DNA of 64,000 nucleotides from an uncultured Pelagibacteraceae bacterium. GTDB lineage: Bacteria > Pseudomonadota > Alphaproteobacteria > Pelagibacterales > Pelagibacteraceae. The position numbers and the translations under genes were made by a program. The DNA lies in the NCBI GenBank assembly GCA_902569735.1, contig CACFVE010000002.1:3730-67729 (forward strand), in the 5' to 3' direction. Of the stretch, positions 1 to 9,560 are shown one piece after another (within the stretch, counting starts at the first letter, position 1; each line of letters begins with the position of its first letter). The notes beneath the pieces are model-generated. The model ran no database searches and was not told the DNA's origin. It was given only the letters and a program-made list of their open reading frames with translations.

Positions 1-165
1 TTTTCAAATGTAACATTTTTTATTTTACTATCAAACTTTTCAGATATAAGAGTAAGTCTTACTGAAGTATCTTATAATACTTTCTTTACATTAATTTTTT
101 TTCCTTTTTTTTGGTTTTTATTTACTTACTACAATTCAATTATAACCCCTGATAAAAATGCTTAG
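1..165 (+). CDS. mreD: 3' end of probable rod shape-determining protein MreD (partial)
   Basis: Frame 1 is open from the window edge to TAG at 163-165 (FSNVTFFILLSNF...FFPFFWFLFTYYNSIITPDKNA). It is hydrophobic and overlaps the mrdA start, matching the canonical mreD position. Confidence 0.6.
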   Translation, partial: FSNVTFFILLSNFSDIRVSLTEVSYNTFFTLIFFPFFWFLFTYYNSIITPDKNA

Positions 166-2092
166 CGCTGGTTCTGGTAATACAGTTATAAAATCAAAAT
201 TAATAAGTAGAAGAATGTTTTTGCTATCAATTAGTAAAGCAGTTGTAGTAGTTGGAGTTTTGGGGAGATTGATCTCGCTCCAAATTAACGAAAGCACTAA
301 ATATAAAACATTGTCAGATAAAAATAGATTTAGAGAGTGGAAGTTAGCTCCAGAAAGAGGATTAATAAAGGACTATTTTAATCAAGAGATCGCTTCTAAC
401 AAACAAGTTTATCAAATACATTTAATACCAGAAAATGCTGGAAGCATTGAAGAAGTATTTTTTAGATTAAAATCAATATTAAATATAAGTGATAAAAAGA
501 TTTTTTCTTTAAAGAAAAAAATTGCAAAGCAGAAGCCTTGGGAACCTATTATTATTTCTGATAATTTGAATTGGTCTGAATTTTCAAGAATAAATTTATT
601 CCTACATGAATTGCAAGGAATAGAACCTATAGTATCTATAGCAAGAGTATATAATGATAATTCTTCGGCTCATGTTTTAGGTTATGTTTCACAAGTAAGT
701 GCCAAAGATTTAAAAAACAAAAAATATCTAAAAGATATGTCTGTTCCTGGCATGGCTGTAGGTAAAACAGGATTAGAGCGTAGATTAGATAAAGAAATAA
801 TAGGTAAAGTTGGTTTTCAAAGGTACGAAGTAAATGCTTTTGGAAAAAGAATTAAACAAATTAAAGTCAATCCAGGTAAAGCAGGAAAAAGTTTTAAAAC
901 TACTCTAGATTTAGAAGTTCAACAGTATACTGCTGAAATATTAAAAGATAAGGCAGCATCCGTGTGTGTTATGGATATTTATAATGGTGACATTATATCT
1001 TTAGTATCTTCTCCTTCATATGATCCTAATGCTTTTGTTCATGGAATTGAAAAAAATTATTGGAATAGTTTAATAAAAAACGAAAGAAAGCCCTTAATTA
1101 ACAAAGCCGTGTCAGGCCTATATCCACCTGGGTCTACTATTAAAACGATAGTAGCTTTGAGCGCTTTGGAAAATAAAATAATTCGACCTTTAGATACCGT
1201 TAGATGCAAAGGTAAAATAGAATTATTTGGGGAGAAATTTCACTGTTGGAAAAAAAAGGGTCATGGGATCATGAATATGAGAACGGGAATTAAGAGATCT
1301 TGTGATGTTTATTTTTATGAAGTTGCTAGAAGATTAGGTGTAGATCGATTATCTGAAACTGCAAAAAAATTTGGTCTTGGGAAAAAAGTACTTAACGATT
1401 TTGTTGAAGAAAGATCAGGAGTAGTGCCCAACACCACTTGGAAAAAAAAATATATTGGTCAGAATTGGTATTTGGGAGAAACATTGCACTCAGGAATTGG
1501 GCAAGGTTACTTTCAAAGCACTCCAATTCAATTATGTTTAATGACAGCTCAAATTGCTAACGGAGGTTTTGAAATTAAACCTAGGATATTATTTGATAAA
1601 TCAAAAAATAATTTAAAAGAATACTTAAAATTTAAAAATGAAAATCCTGGACAACCATTACCTACAGATCTTTTAGTATCTAATTTTGATCTTAAGCCAT
1701 TATTTAAAAATCAAGAAAACATAAAGATAATAAAAGATGCGATGTACTCATCATCGAATGAGCCAGGCGGAACATCTTATAGATCAAGATTAGAGGACAA
1801 AAGATTTACTTTTGCTGGAAAAACTGGGTCGTCTCAGATCAGAAAGTTTACAGAAGAACAGCGAGAAGCAGAAGTTAAACAAGAACAATTGAAATATGAA
1901 AATCGAGATCATGCTTTGTTTATAGCTTTTGCACCAGTAAGTGATCCAAAATATGCAATAAGTGTTGTGGTTGAACATGGAGGAACAGGAAGTAAAGCCG
2001 CAGCCCCAATAGCAAAAAAAGTTATAAAAAAAGTTTTAGAACGTCATAGCTTAAGACAATCAATAAATAACTTACCGGGAGACTCTATATAA
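158..2092 (+). CDS. mrdA: Penicillin-binding protein 2
   Basis: N-terminal TM anchor, PBP dimerisation domain, SxxK (GSTIK), SxD (SCDVYFY) and KTG (GKTGS); upstream of rodA. Confidence 0.96.
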   Translation: MLSAGSGNTVIKSKLISRRMFLLSISKAVVVVGVLGRLISLQINESTKYKTLSDKNRFREWKLAPERGLIKDYFNQEIASNKQVYQIHLIPENAGSIEEVFFRLKSILNISDKKIFSLKKKIAKQKPWEPIIISDNLNWSEFSRINLFLHELQGIEPIVSIARVYNDNSSAHVLGYVSQVSAKDLKNKKYLKDMSVPGMAVGKTGLERRLDKEIIGKVGFQRYEVNAFGKRIKQIKVNPGKAGKSFKTTLDLEVQQYTAEILKDKAASVCVMDIYNGDIISLVSSPSYDPNAFVHGIEKNYWNSLIKNERKPLINKAVSGLYPPGSTIKTIVALSALENKIIRPLDTVRCKGKIELFGEKFHCWKKKGHGIMNMRTGIKRSCDVYFYEVARRLGVDRLSETAKKFGLGKKVLNDFVEERSGVVPNTTWKKKYIGQNWYLGETLHSGIGQGYFQSTPIQLCLMTAQIANGGFEIKPRILFDKSKNNLKEYLKFKNENPGQPLPTDLLVSNFDLKPLFKNQENIKIIKDAMYSSSNEPGGTSYRSRLEDKRFTFAGKTGSSQIRKFTEEQREAEVKQEQLKYENRDHALFIAFAPVSDPKYAISVVVEHGGTGSKAAAPIAKKVIKKVLERHSLRQSINNLPGDSI

Positions 2093-3216
2093 TGTTTCAA
2101 CCAAGATCAATACAATCATCTTTAAGTTTTAGAGATAAACTTAAGTCTATTGATTATGTTTTAGTTTTTTCTATTTTAGTTTTGGGAATTACAAGCATGT
2201 TTGCAATGTATTCTACAGATGGAGGGGAGTTTAAATACCACACAGAGAGTCATATCATAAGGTTTTCTGTTTTTTTTATAATGTTTTTTATTTTATCTTT
2301 TGTACAAATAAGATTTTGGCATAGTACTAGCTATCTGATTTATTTTATTTTCCTTATTCTTCTTATAGGAGTGAAGTATTTTGGATTAACATCATCCGGA
2401 TCACAAAGGTGGTTAAACTTCTATTTTATGAATCTTCAACCTTCAGAGTTAATGAAAATAGGCTTAATTTTATTTTTAGCAAAATATTATCATCGAGTTT
2501 CCATAGAAAATGTTAATAAAGTAAAATTTTTATTTCTTCCAATTTTTGTCTTAATTTTTCCAACTCTTTTAGTTGTACTTCAACCTGATCTTGGAACTGC
2601 TATTTTGATTGCATCAGGCGGAGTTGTAGTAGCCTGGCTAGCTGGGGTAAGAGCAAAATTTTTTATTTATGCTTTATTGGTTTTTATTTCTTTATTGCCA
2701 ATTGCTATTTCTTTTTTGAAACCATACCAAAAAGCAAGGATATTAACATTTTTAAATCCAGAAAAAGATCCTCTTGGTGCTGGCTATCAAATCATACAGT
2801 CCAAAATAGCAATAGGATCTGGAGGTCTTTTCGGCAAAGGTTTTCTGAACGGATCTCAAAGTTATCTTGATTATTTACCTGAAAAACATACTGATTTTAT
2901 ATTCACTCTATTTTCCGAAGAATTTGGTTTTTTTGGCTCAATATTTATCTTATTGCTTTATGGGTTAATAGTTTCAAGAATAGTTAAAATAGGTAATTTA
3001 ACTAGAAGTAATTTTGGAAAACTTTATTGCTATAGTTTTGCAACCGCATTTTTTATTTACGTAGTGGTAAATATGGGAATGGTTTTAGGATTATTGCCAA
3101 TCGTTGGATCTCCTCTGCCTATTATGTCTTACGGAGGATCTTCAATGATGGCTATAATGCTAGGTTTAGGGGTAGCTATGTCTTGTAGGGTTTATAAAGA
3201 TATGCCGGTAAATTAA
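2092..3216 (+). CDS. rodA: Rod shape-determining SEDS glycosyltransferase RodA
   Basis: QPSELMK, QPDLGTA, LPEKHTDFIF and SYGGSS motifs. Confidence 0.96.
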   Translation: MFQPRSIQSSLSFRDKLKSIDYVLVFSILVLGITSMFAMYSTDGGEFKYHTESHIIRFSVFFIMFFILSFVQIRFWHSTSYLIYFIFLILLIGVKYFGLTSSGSQRWLNFYFMNLQPSELMKIGLILFLAKYYHRVSIENVNKVKFLFLPIFVLIFPTLLVVLQPDLGTAILIASGGVVVAWLAGVRAKFFIYALLVFISLLPIAISFLKPYQKARILTFLNPEKDPLGAGYQIIQSKIAIGSGGLFGKGFLNGSQSYLDYLPEKHTDFIFTLFSEEFGFFGSIFILLLYGLIVSRIVKIGNLTRSNFGKLYCYSFATAFFIYVVVNMGMVLGLLPIVGSPLPIMSYGGSSMMAIMLGLGVAMSCRVYKDMPVN

Positions 3217-3299
3217 AAAATGAAAACCTATTATGGCCAATTTTTTTTTAAAAAAGACTTGTTAATATAAGTGATAGGTGATTAGATTAAAAAGAATAT

Positions 3300-3758
3300 A
3301 TGTTTGGAGATAAAAAAAAAATTAAAGATAGCGAAAGATCACTCATAAGTGAAACCGTGAGCATTGATGGAACAATTAATAGTTCTGGAGCAATCGATGT
3401 AGCAGGTTTAGTTAAAGGTCCAGTTATTTCAAAAGAAATTGTTATTAGAGAAACGGGATCAATTACAGGATCAATTGAAGGAGACAGAGTCGAAATACAT
3501 GGTCATATGGATGGAAAAGTATCAGGTGATGATGTGATAGTTGGAAGCACAGGTACTGTTAAGGGTGACATAGAGTTCGGTAATAATTTAAGAACAGAAA
3601 ATGGTGCAGACATAGACGGATATATTAAAAAAACTCACGGATCAAAATCTAAACTTAAGCCTGATTTCTTATTCAGTAAATCAAAAGAAGAAAAAAAGCC
3701 TAAAGAAAATGGCGGCTCTGAAGCAAATTTAAACAAAGACTCAGAAATTTTAGCCTAA
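3300..3758 (+). CDS. Bactofilin (polymer-forming cytoskeletal protein)
   Basis: Beta-helix repeats of the IDGTI/VAGLVKGPV/ITGSIEG/IHGHMDGKV type with a charged C-terminal tail. Confidence 0.88.
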   Translation: MFGDKKKIKDSERSLISETVSIDGTINSSGAIDVAGLVKGPVISKEIVIRETGSITGSIEGDRVEIHGHMDGKVSGDDVIVGSTGTVKGDIEFGNNLRTENGADIDGYIKKTHGSKSKLKPDFLFSKSKEEKKPKENGGSEANLNKDSEILA

Positions 3759-3803
3759 TCTACCGCACTACAAAACTCTGTAAGTTTGCATTATAAATTT
3801 CTT

Positions 3804-5063
3804 ATGGAAAAGTATAAATGTAAATCAGTTGGAATTATTGGTTCGGGAATACAGGGAGTTTGTATAGGTCTTCAATTAATTAAAAAAGGAATCCCAGTAA
3901 CTATATTTGATAGGCTAGATCCACTGTCTTTAAATTTTAAATCTGCATCCTATGGTAATGCAGGTCATTTTTCTCCTTACGCTGTATTACAATTTAACAG
4001 AACTGATATTTTATCTGACGTGCCTAAGATGCTATTTAGTTCTTATGGACCTCTTGCATTAAAATGGAATTATGTATTAAAAATGATTCCTTGGTTTTCA
4101 AATTATCTAAAAAATTGTAATAAAAAATCAATGTTACATACAGCAAAATACATGCACCAAATTTTAAGTTTGTCTAACGATGCATATGAAGAAATATTTA
4201 AAGAAATAGACACAACTAATTTAATTGAAAAAAAAGGGATTATTTATGTTTGGACTAAAAGAAATTTGAAAAGTAGAGAGCTTGAAATTAAAGTGAGAGA
4301 TGATTTAGGTATAAAACAAAAACTTTTGACACAAAAAGAAATCATAGAATTAGAACCAAATTTAAATCCAGTTTTTGATGCAGGAGTAATTTATGAAGGA
4401 GCAATGCATGCAAGAGACCCACATGGAATTTTAAAAGAAATATTTAAACTTTTTTTAAAAAAAGGGGGAAAATTTATTCAAGACAATATCATTAGTCTTA
4501 AACAAAATAATGAAAATCAAACGGTTATTAAATCAGAAAAGGAAGAATACATTTTTACAAAATCTGTTATTGCCTCTGGTGCTTTTTCAAAATCTTTAAC
4601 AGATCAATTAGGAGAAAATATTCCTTTAGATACTGAAAGAGGTTATCATGTTCATTTTAAAGATATGGATCATTTAATTTCAAGACCAGTAATTTTTTTA
4701 GATAAAGGTTTTGGTATGACGCCTATGAATCAAGGATTAAGAGCTGTTGGTACCGTAGAGCTAGGTGGATTAAAAAATCCTTTATCAAAAAAAAGAATTG
4801 ATTATCTTATAAAGTCTGCCCATGAGCTTTTACCTCAACTTAAAAAACCTGAAGATGAATGGCTGGGATTTAGACCAACATTACCAGATTTTTTACCTAT
4901 CATTGGTCCTTCATTAAAAAATAAAAATATTATCTATGCTTTTGGCCACCATCATTTAGGCTGGACTTTAGGTGCAGTAACAGGCAAAATTGTTTCTGGT
5001 ATAGTTGCAGAAGAGAAAACAAATTTAGATTTATCTCCCTACAGCTCAAAAAGATTTAATTAG
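3804..5063 (+). CDS. FAD-dependent D-amino acid dehydrogenase/oxidase (DadA-like)
   Basis: GxGxxG (IIGSGIQG), ASYGNAG, WLGFRPTLPD and FGHHHLGWT. ATG 3804 is preferred to TTG 3786. Confidence 0.85.
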   Translation: MEKYKCKSVGIIGSGIQGVCIGLQLIKKGIPVTIFDRLDPLSLNFKSASYGNAGHFSPYAVLQFNRTDILSDVPKMLFSSYGPLALKWNYVLKMIPWFSNYLKNCNKKSMLHTAKYMHQILSLSNDAYEEIFKEIDTTNLIEKKGIIYVWTKRNLKSRELEIKVRDDLGIKQKLLTQKEIIELEPNLNPVFDAGVIYEGAMHARDPHGILKEIFKLFLKKGGKFIQDNIISLKQNNENQTVIKSEKEEYIFTKSVIASGAFSKSLTDQLGENIPLDTERGYHVHFKDMDHLISRPVIFLDKGFGMTPMNQGLRAVGTVELGGLKNPLSKKRIDYLIKSAHELLPQLKKPEDEWLGFRPTLPDFLPIIGPSLKNKNIIYAFGHHHLGWTLGAVTGKIVSGIVAEEKTNLDLSPYSSKRFN

Positions 5064-5070
5064 GTATTAT

Positions 5071-5964
5071 TTGTCAAAAAATTATTTAGCTTATCTATTT
5101 TTAATATTAGCCGCGTTGTTTTGGTCTGGTAATTTTATTGTTGGAAAATTTGCAACACTATTTGAAATTCCTCCACTAACTTTAAATGTTTTTAGATGGA
5201 TTTCAGTTTGGTTTATATTAATACCTTTTACATATAAAGAAATTTACAACAATTTACCTTATATAAAAAAAAATTGGCTTGTTATCAGCTTCATGGGAGT
5301 AATTACAATAAGTACTTTTAACTCTGTTGTTTATTTTGCACTAAATTATACACAAGTAATAAATGCAGTTCTAATGTTAGCTGCTATTCCTGCAGCAACA
5401 ATTGTGCTTTCGTCTTTAATGAAAATTGAAAAAACAAATATTTTTCAAATTCTTGGACTGTTTTTGTCAATTATAGGAATTGGATCAATCATTTCCAACG
5501 GTGATATTCAAAAAATTATTTCTTTAAGTTTTAACAAAGGTGACTTATGGATGCTAGTTTGTGTAGTTACGTGGTCTCTTTATACTACTTTACTTAAAAA
5601 ACATAAATTTAAATTTTCACAGTTTACTTTAATTCAGCTAATGGTTTCTGTTGGGATACTTTTTTTGATACCTCAATTTTTTTATGAAAAATCTATTGGT
5701 CTAGAACTAAATTTAAACAAAGCATTTTTTTTGATTCTTTTTTATGTGGTTGTTTTTCCAGCTATTGCTGCTTATTACTGCTGGCAAAAAGGTGTTCAGA
5801 TAATTGGCCCAAATAGATCTACCATGTTTGTTCAATTGATGCCTTTATTCAGTGCAGTCATGGCGATCATAATCTTTAAAGAAAAATTTGAACTATACCA
5901 TTTTACTGGAGCAGCTTTTATATTAACTGGTATTTATTTATCCAATAGGAAAGTTAATGATTAA
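5071..5964 (+). CDS. DMT/EamA family transporter
   Basis: About 10 TM segments, FWSGNFIVGK start, two EamA repeats. Confidence 0.88.
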   Translation: MSKNYLAYLFLILAALFWSGNFIVGKFATLFEIPPLTLNVFRWISVWFILIPFTYKEIYNNLPYIKKNWLVISFMGVITISTFNSVVYFALNYTQVINAVLMLAAIPAATIVLSSLMKIEKTNIFQILGLFLSIIGIGSIISNGDIQKIISLSFNKGDLWMLVCVVTWSLYTTLLKKHKFKFSQFTLIQLMVSVGILFLIPQFFYEKSIGLELNLNKAFFLILFYVVVFPAIAAYYCWQKGVQIIGPNRSTMFVQLMPLFSAVMAIIIFKEKFELYHFTGAAFILTGIYLSNRKVND

Positions 5965-6907
5965 TGTGGCAATTTTAGATGACTATCAAGATATATTTCA
6001 ACAAATAGTTGATACTCAAAAGTATAAAGAGAAATATAATTTTAAAGTTTTTAATGAACCATTTTCTAATGAAAATGAAGCAATAGTTGCTCTAGAAGAG
6101 TTTGAAGCTTTGTTTATAATGAGAGAGAGAACTCCAATTACAAAATCTTTAATTAATGCGCTTCCGAAGTTGAAATATATTATGACTTCAGGCATGAGAA
6201 ATAATGCTATTGACTTAGAAACAGCTAAAAAAAAGGATATTATAGTTTGTGGAACAGAAATTAATCCTAATCCTGCAGCAGAAATTACATGGGTTTTAAT
6301 ATTAGGTCTTTTGAGAAATCTTAAACAAGAGATTGATAATATGTTCCAAGGTTATTGGCAAACTACAATAGGTTTAGAATTAAAAGGTAAGCTTTTAGGA
6401 TTGATTGGACTCGGAAAGATAGGAACCCAAGTTGCAAAAGTTGCAAAAGCATTTGGAATGGAAGTGTGTGCATGGAGTGAAAATTTAAATTTAGCACATG
6501 CAAATAAAATAGGCGTCCTTCCAATGAGCAAAGAAGATTTATTGAAAAATGCTGATATAATTTCAATTCATGTTGTATTTGGAAATAGGTATAAAAATTT
6601 AATTACAAAAAAAGAATTAGAAATAATGAAAAAATCATCTTTTTTAATTAATACATCTCGAGGTCCAATTATTAATGAAGAAGATTTAATTAAGGCATTA
6701 AAAGAAGAAACAATTGCTGGGGTTGGTTTAGATGTTTATGATAAGGAACCATTGCCTCAGGATCACAAATTAAGATTTTTTCCTAATGCTTTGTTATTAC
6801 CTCATATAGGTTATGTTACAGCAGAGAACTATTCAAAATTTTATTTGCAAATGATTGAAAATCTTGAGGGATGCTCAGAAAATAAGCCTTTAAGATTAAT
6901 CTCATAA
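5957..6907 (+). CDS. D-2-hydroxyacid dehydrogenase family protein
   Basis: AILDDYQ, MRERTP, GLIGLGKIG, INTSRGPI, LDVYDKEPL and LPHIGYVT motifs. Confidence 0.9.
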   Translation: MINVAILDDYQDIFQQIVDTQKYKEKYNFKVFNEPFSNENEAIVALEEFEALFIMRERTPITKSLINALPKLKYIMTSGMRNNAIDLETAKKKDIIVCGTEINPNPAAEITWVLILGLLRNLKQEIDNMFQGYWQTTIGLELKGKLLGLIGLGKIGTQVAKVAKAFGMEVCAWSENLNLAHANKIGVLPMSKEDLLKNADIISIHVVFGNRYKNLITKKELEIMKKSSFLINTSRGPIINEEDLIKALKEETIAGVGLDVYDKEPLPQDHKLRFFPNALLLPHIGYVTAENYSKFYLQMIENLEGCSENKPLRLIS

Positions 6908-7014
6908 ACTTTTTCATTTAGTTTCTTCTATTGTGGGTTGTATTTGATAAACTCATTTTGAAGCTTTGATTCGTTTTAAAAGAAATAAATCTATGCTTAA
7001 TGATTGTGGGGAGT

Positions 7015-7356
7015 ATGAAAAAAATATCTGGTCTTTTGACTGCATTATTATTATTAAGTGGTTGCGCCGAGTCTATGGCGTTGCTTGGACCCGCTTCTAC
7101 ATCTATTGGAGGAGGAAACGTACTTCGATCTACGGTTTCATCAACTGTATCTTATGGTGTAAAAAAACAAACTGGTATGTCCCCGACACAACATGTGTTG
7201 TCTTATGCTGAAAAAGAAAATTCTAAAAAGAAAAAAGAACCATGCGTATCATTTCTTGAAAAAACTAACTCAGAAATATGTGCAATTTTGAAAAGACGAC
7301 TTATTTTAACGAAATCTAAAATAAAATTCTTAGACTCTGATATCAAACCTGAATAA
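7015..7356 (+). CDS. Hypothetical lipoprotein (paralogue of 7474-7917)
   Basis: GGGGAG RBS before ATG 7015; lipobox LLSGC; shares SYGVKKQTG.SP with the neighbouring gene. Confidence 0.75.
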   Translation: MKKISGLLTALLLLSGCAESMALLGPASTSIGGGNVLRSTVSSTVSYGVKKQTGMSPTQHVLSYAEKENSKKKKEPCVSFLEKTNSEICAILKRRLILTKSKIKFLDSDIKPE

Positions 7357-7473
7357 GAAAATTTAAATTCCATCTACCATAAGTTGTGTTAATAAAAATT
7401 TAAATAATCACAATTAGCTTTTTTTTACAAAAGAAGCAGATATATAAAATCAATCAATACATACCAGTAAATT

Positions 7474-7917
7474 ATGAAGAAAGTATTTTTTTTATTATCA
7501 AGTCTATTTTTGTTAAATGGATGTGCCGAAACGGTAGCATTACTGGGTCCAGTTGGGGGAGCATCTAATGGAAAAATGCTTCAGTCTTCTTTAAATTCAG
7601 CAATAAGTTATGGAGTTAAAAAACAAACAGGAAAGTCTCCTCTAGAACACGCTCTTGCATATGCAGAAGAAAAAAATCCTGAGAAAAAGCAAGAGACTTG
7701 TATTTCTTTTATCGAAAGAACAAGATCTGAATTTTGTACGATTTTAAATAAACAAATTTCATTAACGAATATTGCGGTAAAAGATAAAACATTGGCTATT
7801 GTGAAAAAATATCCTAAAAATATTAAAACTAGAAATATAACTGTTTTAAAAAAAATTGTTAAATCTTCAAAAATAGAAGACCTAGCTAAAAAATCAGATA
7901 TTTATAAAAGAAGGTAA
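7474..7917 (+). CDS. Hypothetical lipoprotein (paralogue of 7015-7356)
   Basis: Lipobox LLNGC; GCAE..ALLGP, SYGVKKQTG and C.SF.E.T.SE.C conserved with the upstream gene. Confidence 0.78.
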   Translation: MKKVFFLLSSLFLLNGCAETVALLGPVGGASNGKMLQSSLNSAISYGVKKQTGKSPLEHALAYAEEKNPEKKQETCISFIERTRSEFCTILNKQISLTNIAVKDKTLAIVKKYPKNIKTRNITVLKKIVKSSKIEDLAKKSDIYKRR

Positions 7918-7952
7918 TTTTAAGCCCCACCTTTTGTGATGGGGCAAAAAAT
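7918..7952. terminator. Bidirectional intrinsic terminator
   Basis: GCCCCA...TGGGGC stem between convergent genes, with an A-tract (U-tract on the minus strand) for metY. Confidence 0.7.
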
Positions 7953-9245
7953 TTAAGCTGCTAATGCTTGTTTAATATCAGAAATGATATCGTCTGGATG
8001 TTCAATACCTATTGAAAGTCTAACATAACCCGGTGTTACGCCAGCAGCCAATAATTCCTGATCATTAAGTTGACTATGAGTAGTAGTAGCAGGATGTATT
8101 GCTAAACTTCTAGCATCACCAATGTTAGCAACATGGTAAAGCATCTTTAAATTGTCAATGAATTTAGAACCAGCTTCTCTAGTGCCAACATCCATTCCAA
8201 CTAACGAACCATATCCACCTTGCATGTATTTCTTAGCTCTCTCTTTAATCTCGCCTTGATGATTAGTAGGGTAGATTATGTTTTTAACTTTCTTTTGTGT
8301 TTCTAAGAAAGAGACAACTTTCTCAGCATTACTGCAATGTTGTTTCATTCTAAGAGCAACAGTTTCCAAACCTTGAATAATTTGAAAAGCATTGAATGGA
8401 CTTAATGGAGCACCTAAGTCTCTAAGCAAAACCACTCTTGCTCTAATTGCAAAAGGAATGTTAGCTCCTGTTAGTTGAGGAACTGCATCTGCCCATATAG
8501 CACCACCATAACTTTGATCAGGTTCGTTCATTAATGGTTGTCTTTTTCTGTCTTTTGTCCAGTCAAAGTTACCACCATCAACAATGATCCCACCTATTGA
8601 AGTTCCATGACCTCCAATATATTTTGTTAAAGAGTGTATTACTATTGCAGCACCATGAGCCAAAGGTTTACATATTACAGGGGAAGCAGTGTTGTCTATA
8701 ATTAAAGGTATTCCTTTTTTTCTACCAATATCTGCAACCTCTTTAATTGGAAAAACTCGAAGATAAGGATTTGGACAAGACTCACCGTAGTAAGCTCTTG
8801 TTTTATCATCTGTCAACTTCTCAAAGTTTTTTGGGTCAGCTGGGTCTGCAAATCTAACTTCAATACCTTGTTGTCTTAAAGTATTTTTAAATAAATTTAC
8901 TGTTCCTCCATACAAATCTGTAGAAGCAACAACATTATCACCAGCTTGTGCTACGTTTTGTACAACAAAGGCTGATGCTGCTTGACCGGAGCCAACTGCT
9001 ACTGCAGCTAAACCGCCTTCTAATGCAGCAACTCTTTTCTCAAGAACATCACACGTTGGATTCATGATCCTTGTGTAAATATTTCCAAATTCTTTCAAAC
9101 CAAATAAATTTGCTGCTGTTTCAGCATTTTTAAATTGATAAGAAGAAGTTTGATAAATCGGAACTGCTACTGCAGTTGTTGCGGGGTCGCTTCTGTACTC
9201 ACCACCGTGTAACCCAATAGTTTCCGGATGTTTAAAATTAGCCAT
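7953..9245 (-). CDS. metY: O-acetylhomoserine aminocarboxypropyltransferase / sulfhydrylase
   Basis: IYTRIMNPT, HSLTKYIGGHG (PLP Lys), ANIGDARSLAIHPATTTH. ATG at 9245 follows an AAGGAG RBS; the longer ORF-track start falls inside the riboswitch. Confidence 0.95.
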   Translation of the reverse strand: MANFKHPETIGLHGGEYRSDPATTAVAVPIYQTSSYQFKNAETAANLFGLKEFGNIYTRIMNPTCDVLEKRVAALEGGLAAVAVGSGQAASAFVVQNVAQAGDNVVASTDLYGGTVNLFKNTLRQQGIEVRFADPADPKNFEKLTDDKTRAYYGESCPNPYLRVFPIKEVADIGRKKGIPLIIDNTASPVICKPLAHGAAIVIHSLTKYIGGHGTSIGGIIVDGGNFDWTKDRKRQPLMNEPDQSYGGAIWADAVPQLTGANIPFAIRARVVLLRDLGAPLSPFNAFQIIQGLETVALRMKQHCSNAEKVVSFLETQKKVKNIIYPTNHQGEIKERAKKYMQGGYGSLVGMDVGTREAGSKFIDNLKMLYHVANIGDARSLAIHPATTTHSQLNDQELLAAGVTPGYVRLSIGIEHPDDIISDIKQALAA

Positions 9246-9251
9246 ATTTTT

Positions 9252-9308
9252 CTCCTTTTTTAGTACTTCGACGAAATGTCGGGTGTACAATAAAGTTCAA
9301 ATACCCGG
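9252..9308 (-). promoter_or_regulatory. SAM-V riboswitch (translational, abuts the metY RBS)
   Basis: Minus strand reads CCGGGUAUUUGAACUUUAUUGUACACCCGACAUUUCGUCGAAGUACUAAAAAAGGAG. This has the SAM-V hallmarks AUUUGAAC, UUGUAC pairing with GUACUAA, and an immediately following SD. Confidence 0.9.
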
Positions 9309-9328
9309 TTTTAATCTGAGAAAATTTC

Positions 9329-9357
9329 AAAAAAAAACCACCGGCTAAAGCGGTGGT
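9329..9357 (-). terminator. Intrinsic terminator between the SAM-II and SAM-V aptamers
   Basis: Minus strand ACCACCG-CUUUAGC-CGGUGGU followed by a U-tract. Confidence 0.88.
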
Positions 9358-9370
9358 CATAAGACTTTGT

Positions 9371-9420
9371 CGCTTTAGCTGGATTTGTTGAGCGCTCAGC
9401 AATTTGAATTAAATCAGCGC
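9371..9420 (-). promoter_or_regulatory. SAM-II riboswitch (transcriptional)
   Basis: Minus strand GCGCUGAUUUAAUUCAAAUUGCUGAGCGCUCAACAAAUCCAGCUAAAGCG matches the SAM-II pattern GCGCUGAUUU...UUGC...GCGC...AAAU..AGCUAAA. Confidence 0.9.
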
Positions 9421-9560
9421 TATAAACACTTAACTACCTTTCTTAATTAGTGTCAAGTTGTATATAAATACATAAATTTCAAGCTTTATAGCCATAATTC
9501 CTGATACAATTTCGCCTTGGATTTCTTTTGTTATTTTCGACTTTTTTGCTAGTTTGGGCT

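Noticed and set aside
3220-3270. 16-codon ORF MKTYYGQFFFKKDLLI between rodA and bactofilin
   Set aside because: No RBS or informative composition; most likely promoter DNA.
9246-9290. N-terminal extension of metY
   Set aside because: It overlaps the SAM-V aptamer; the AAGGAG RBS points to ATG 9245.
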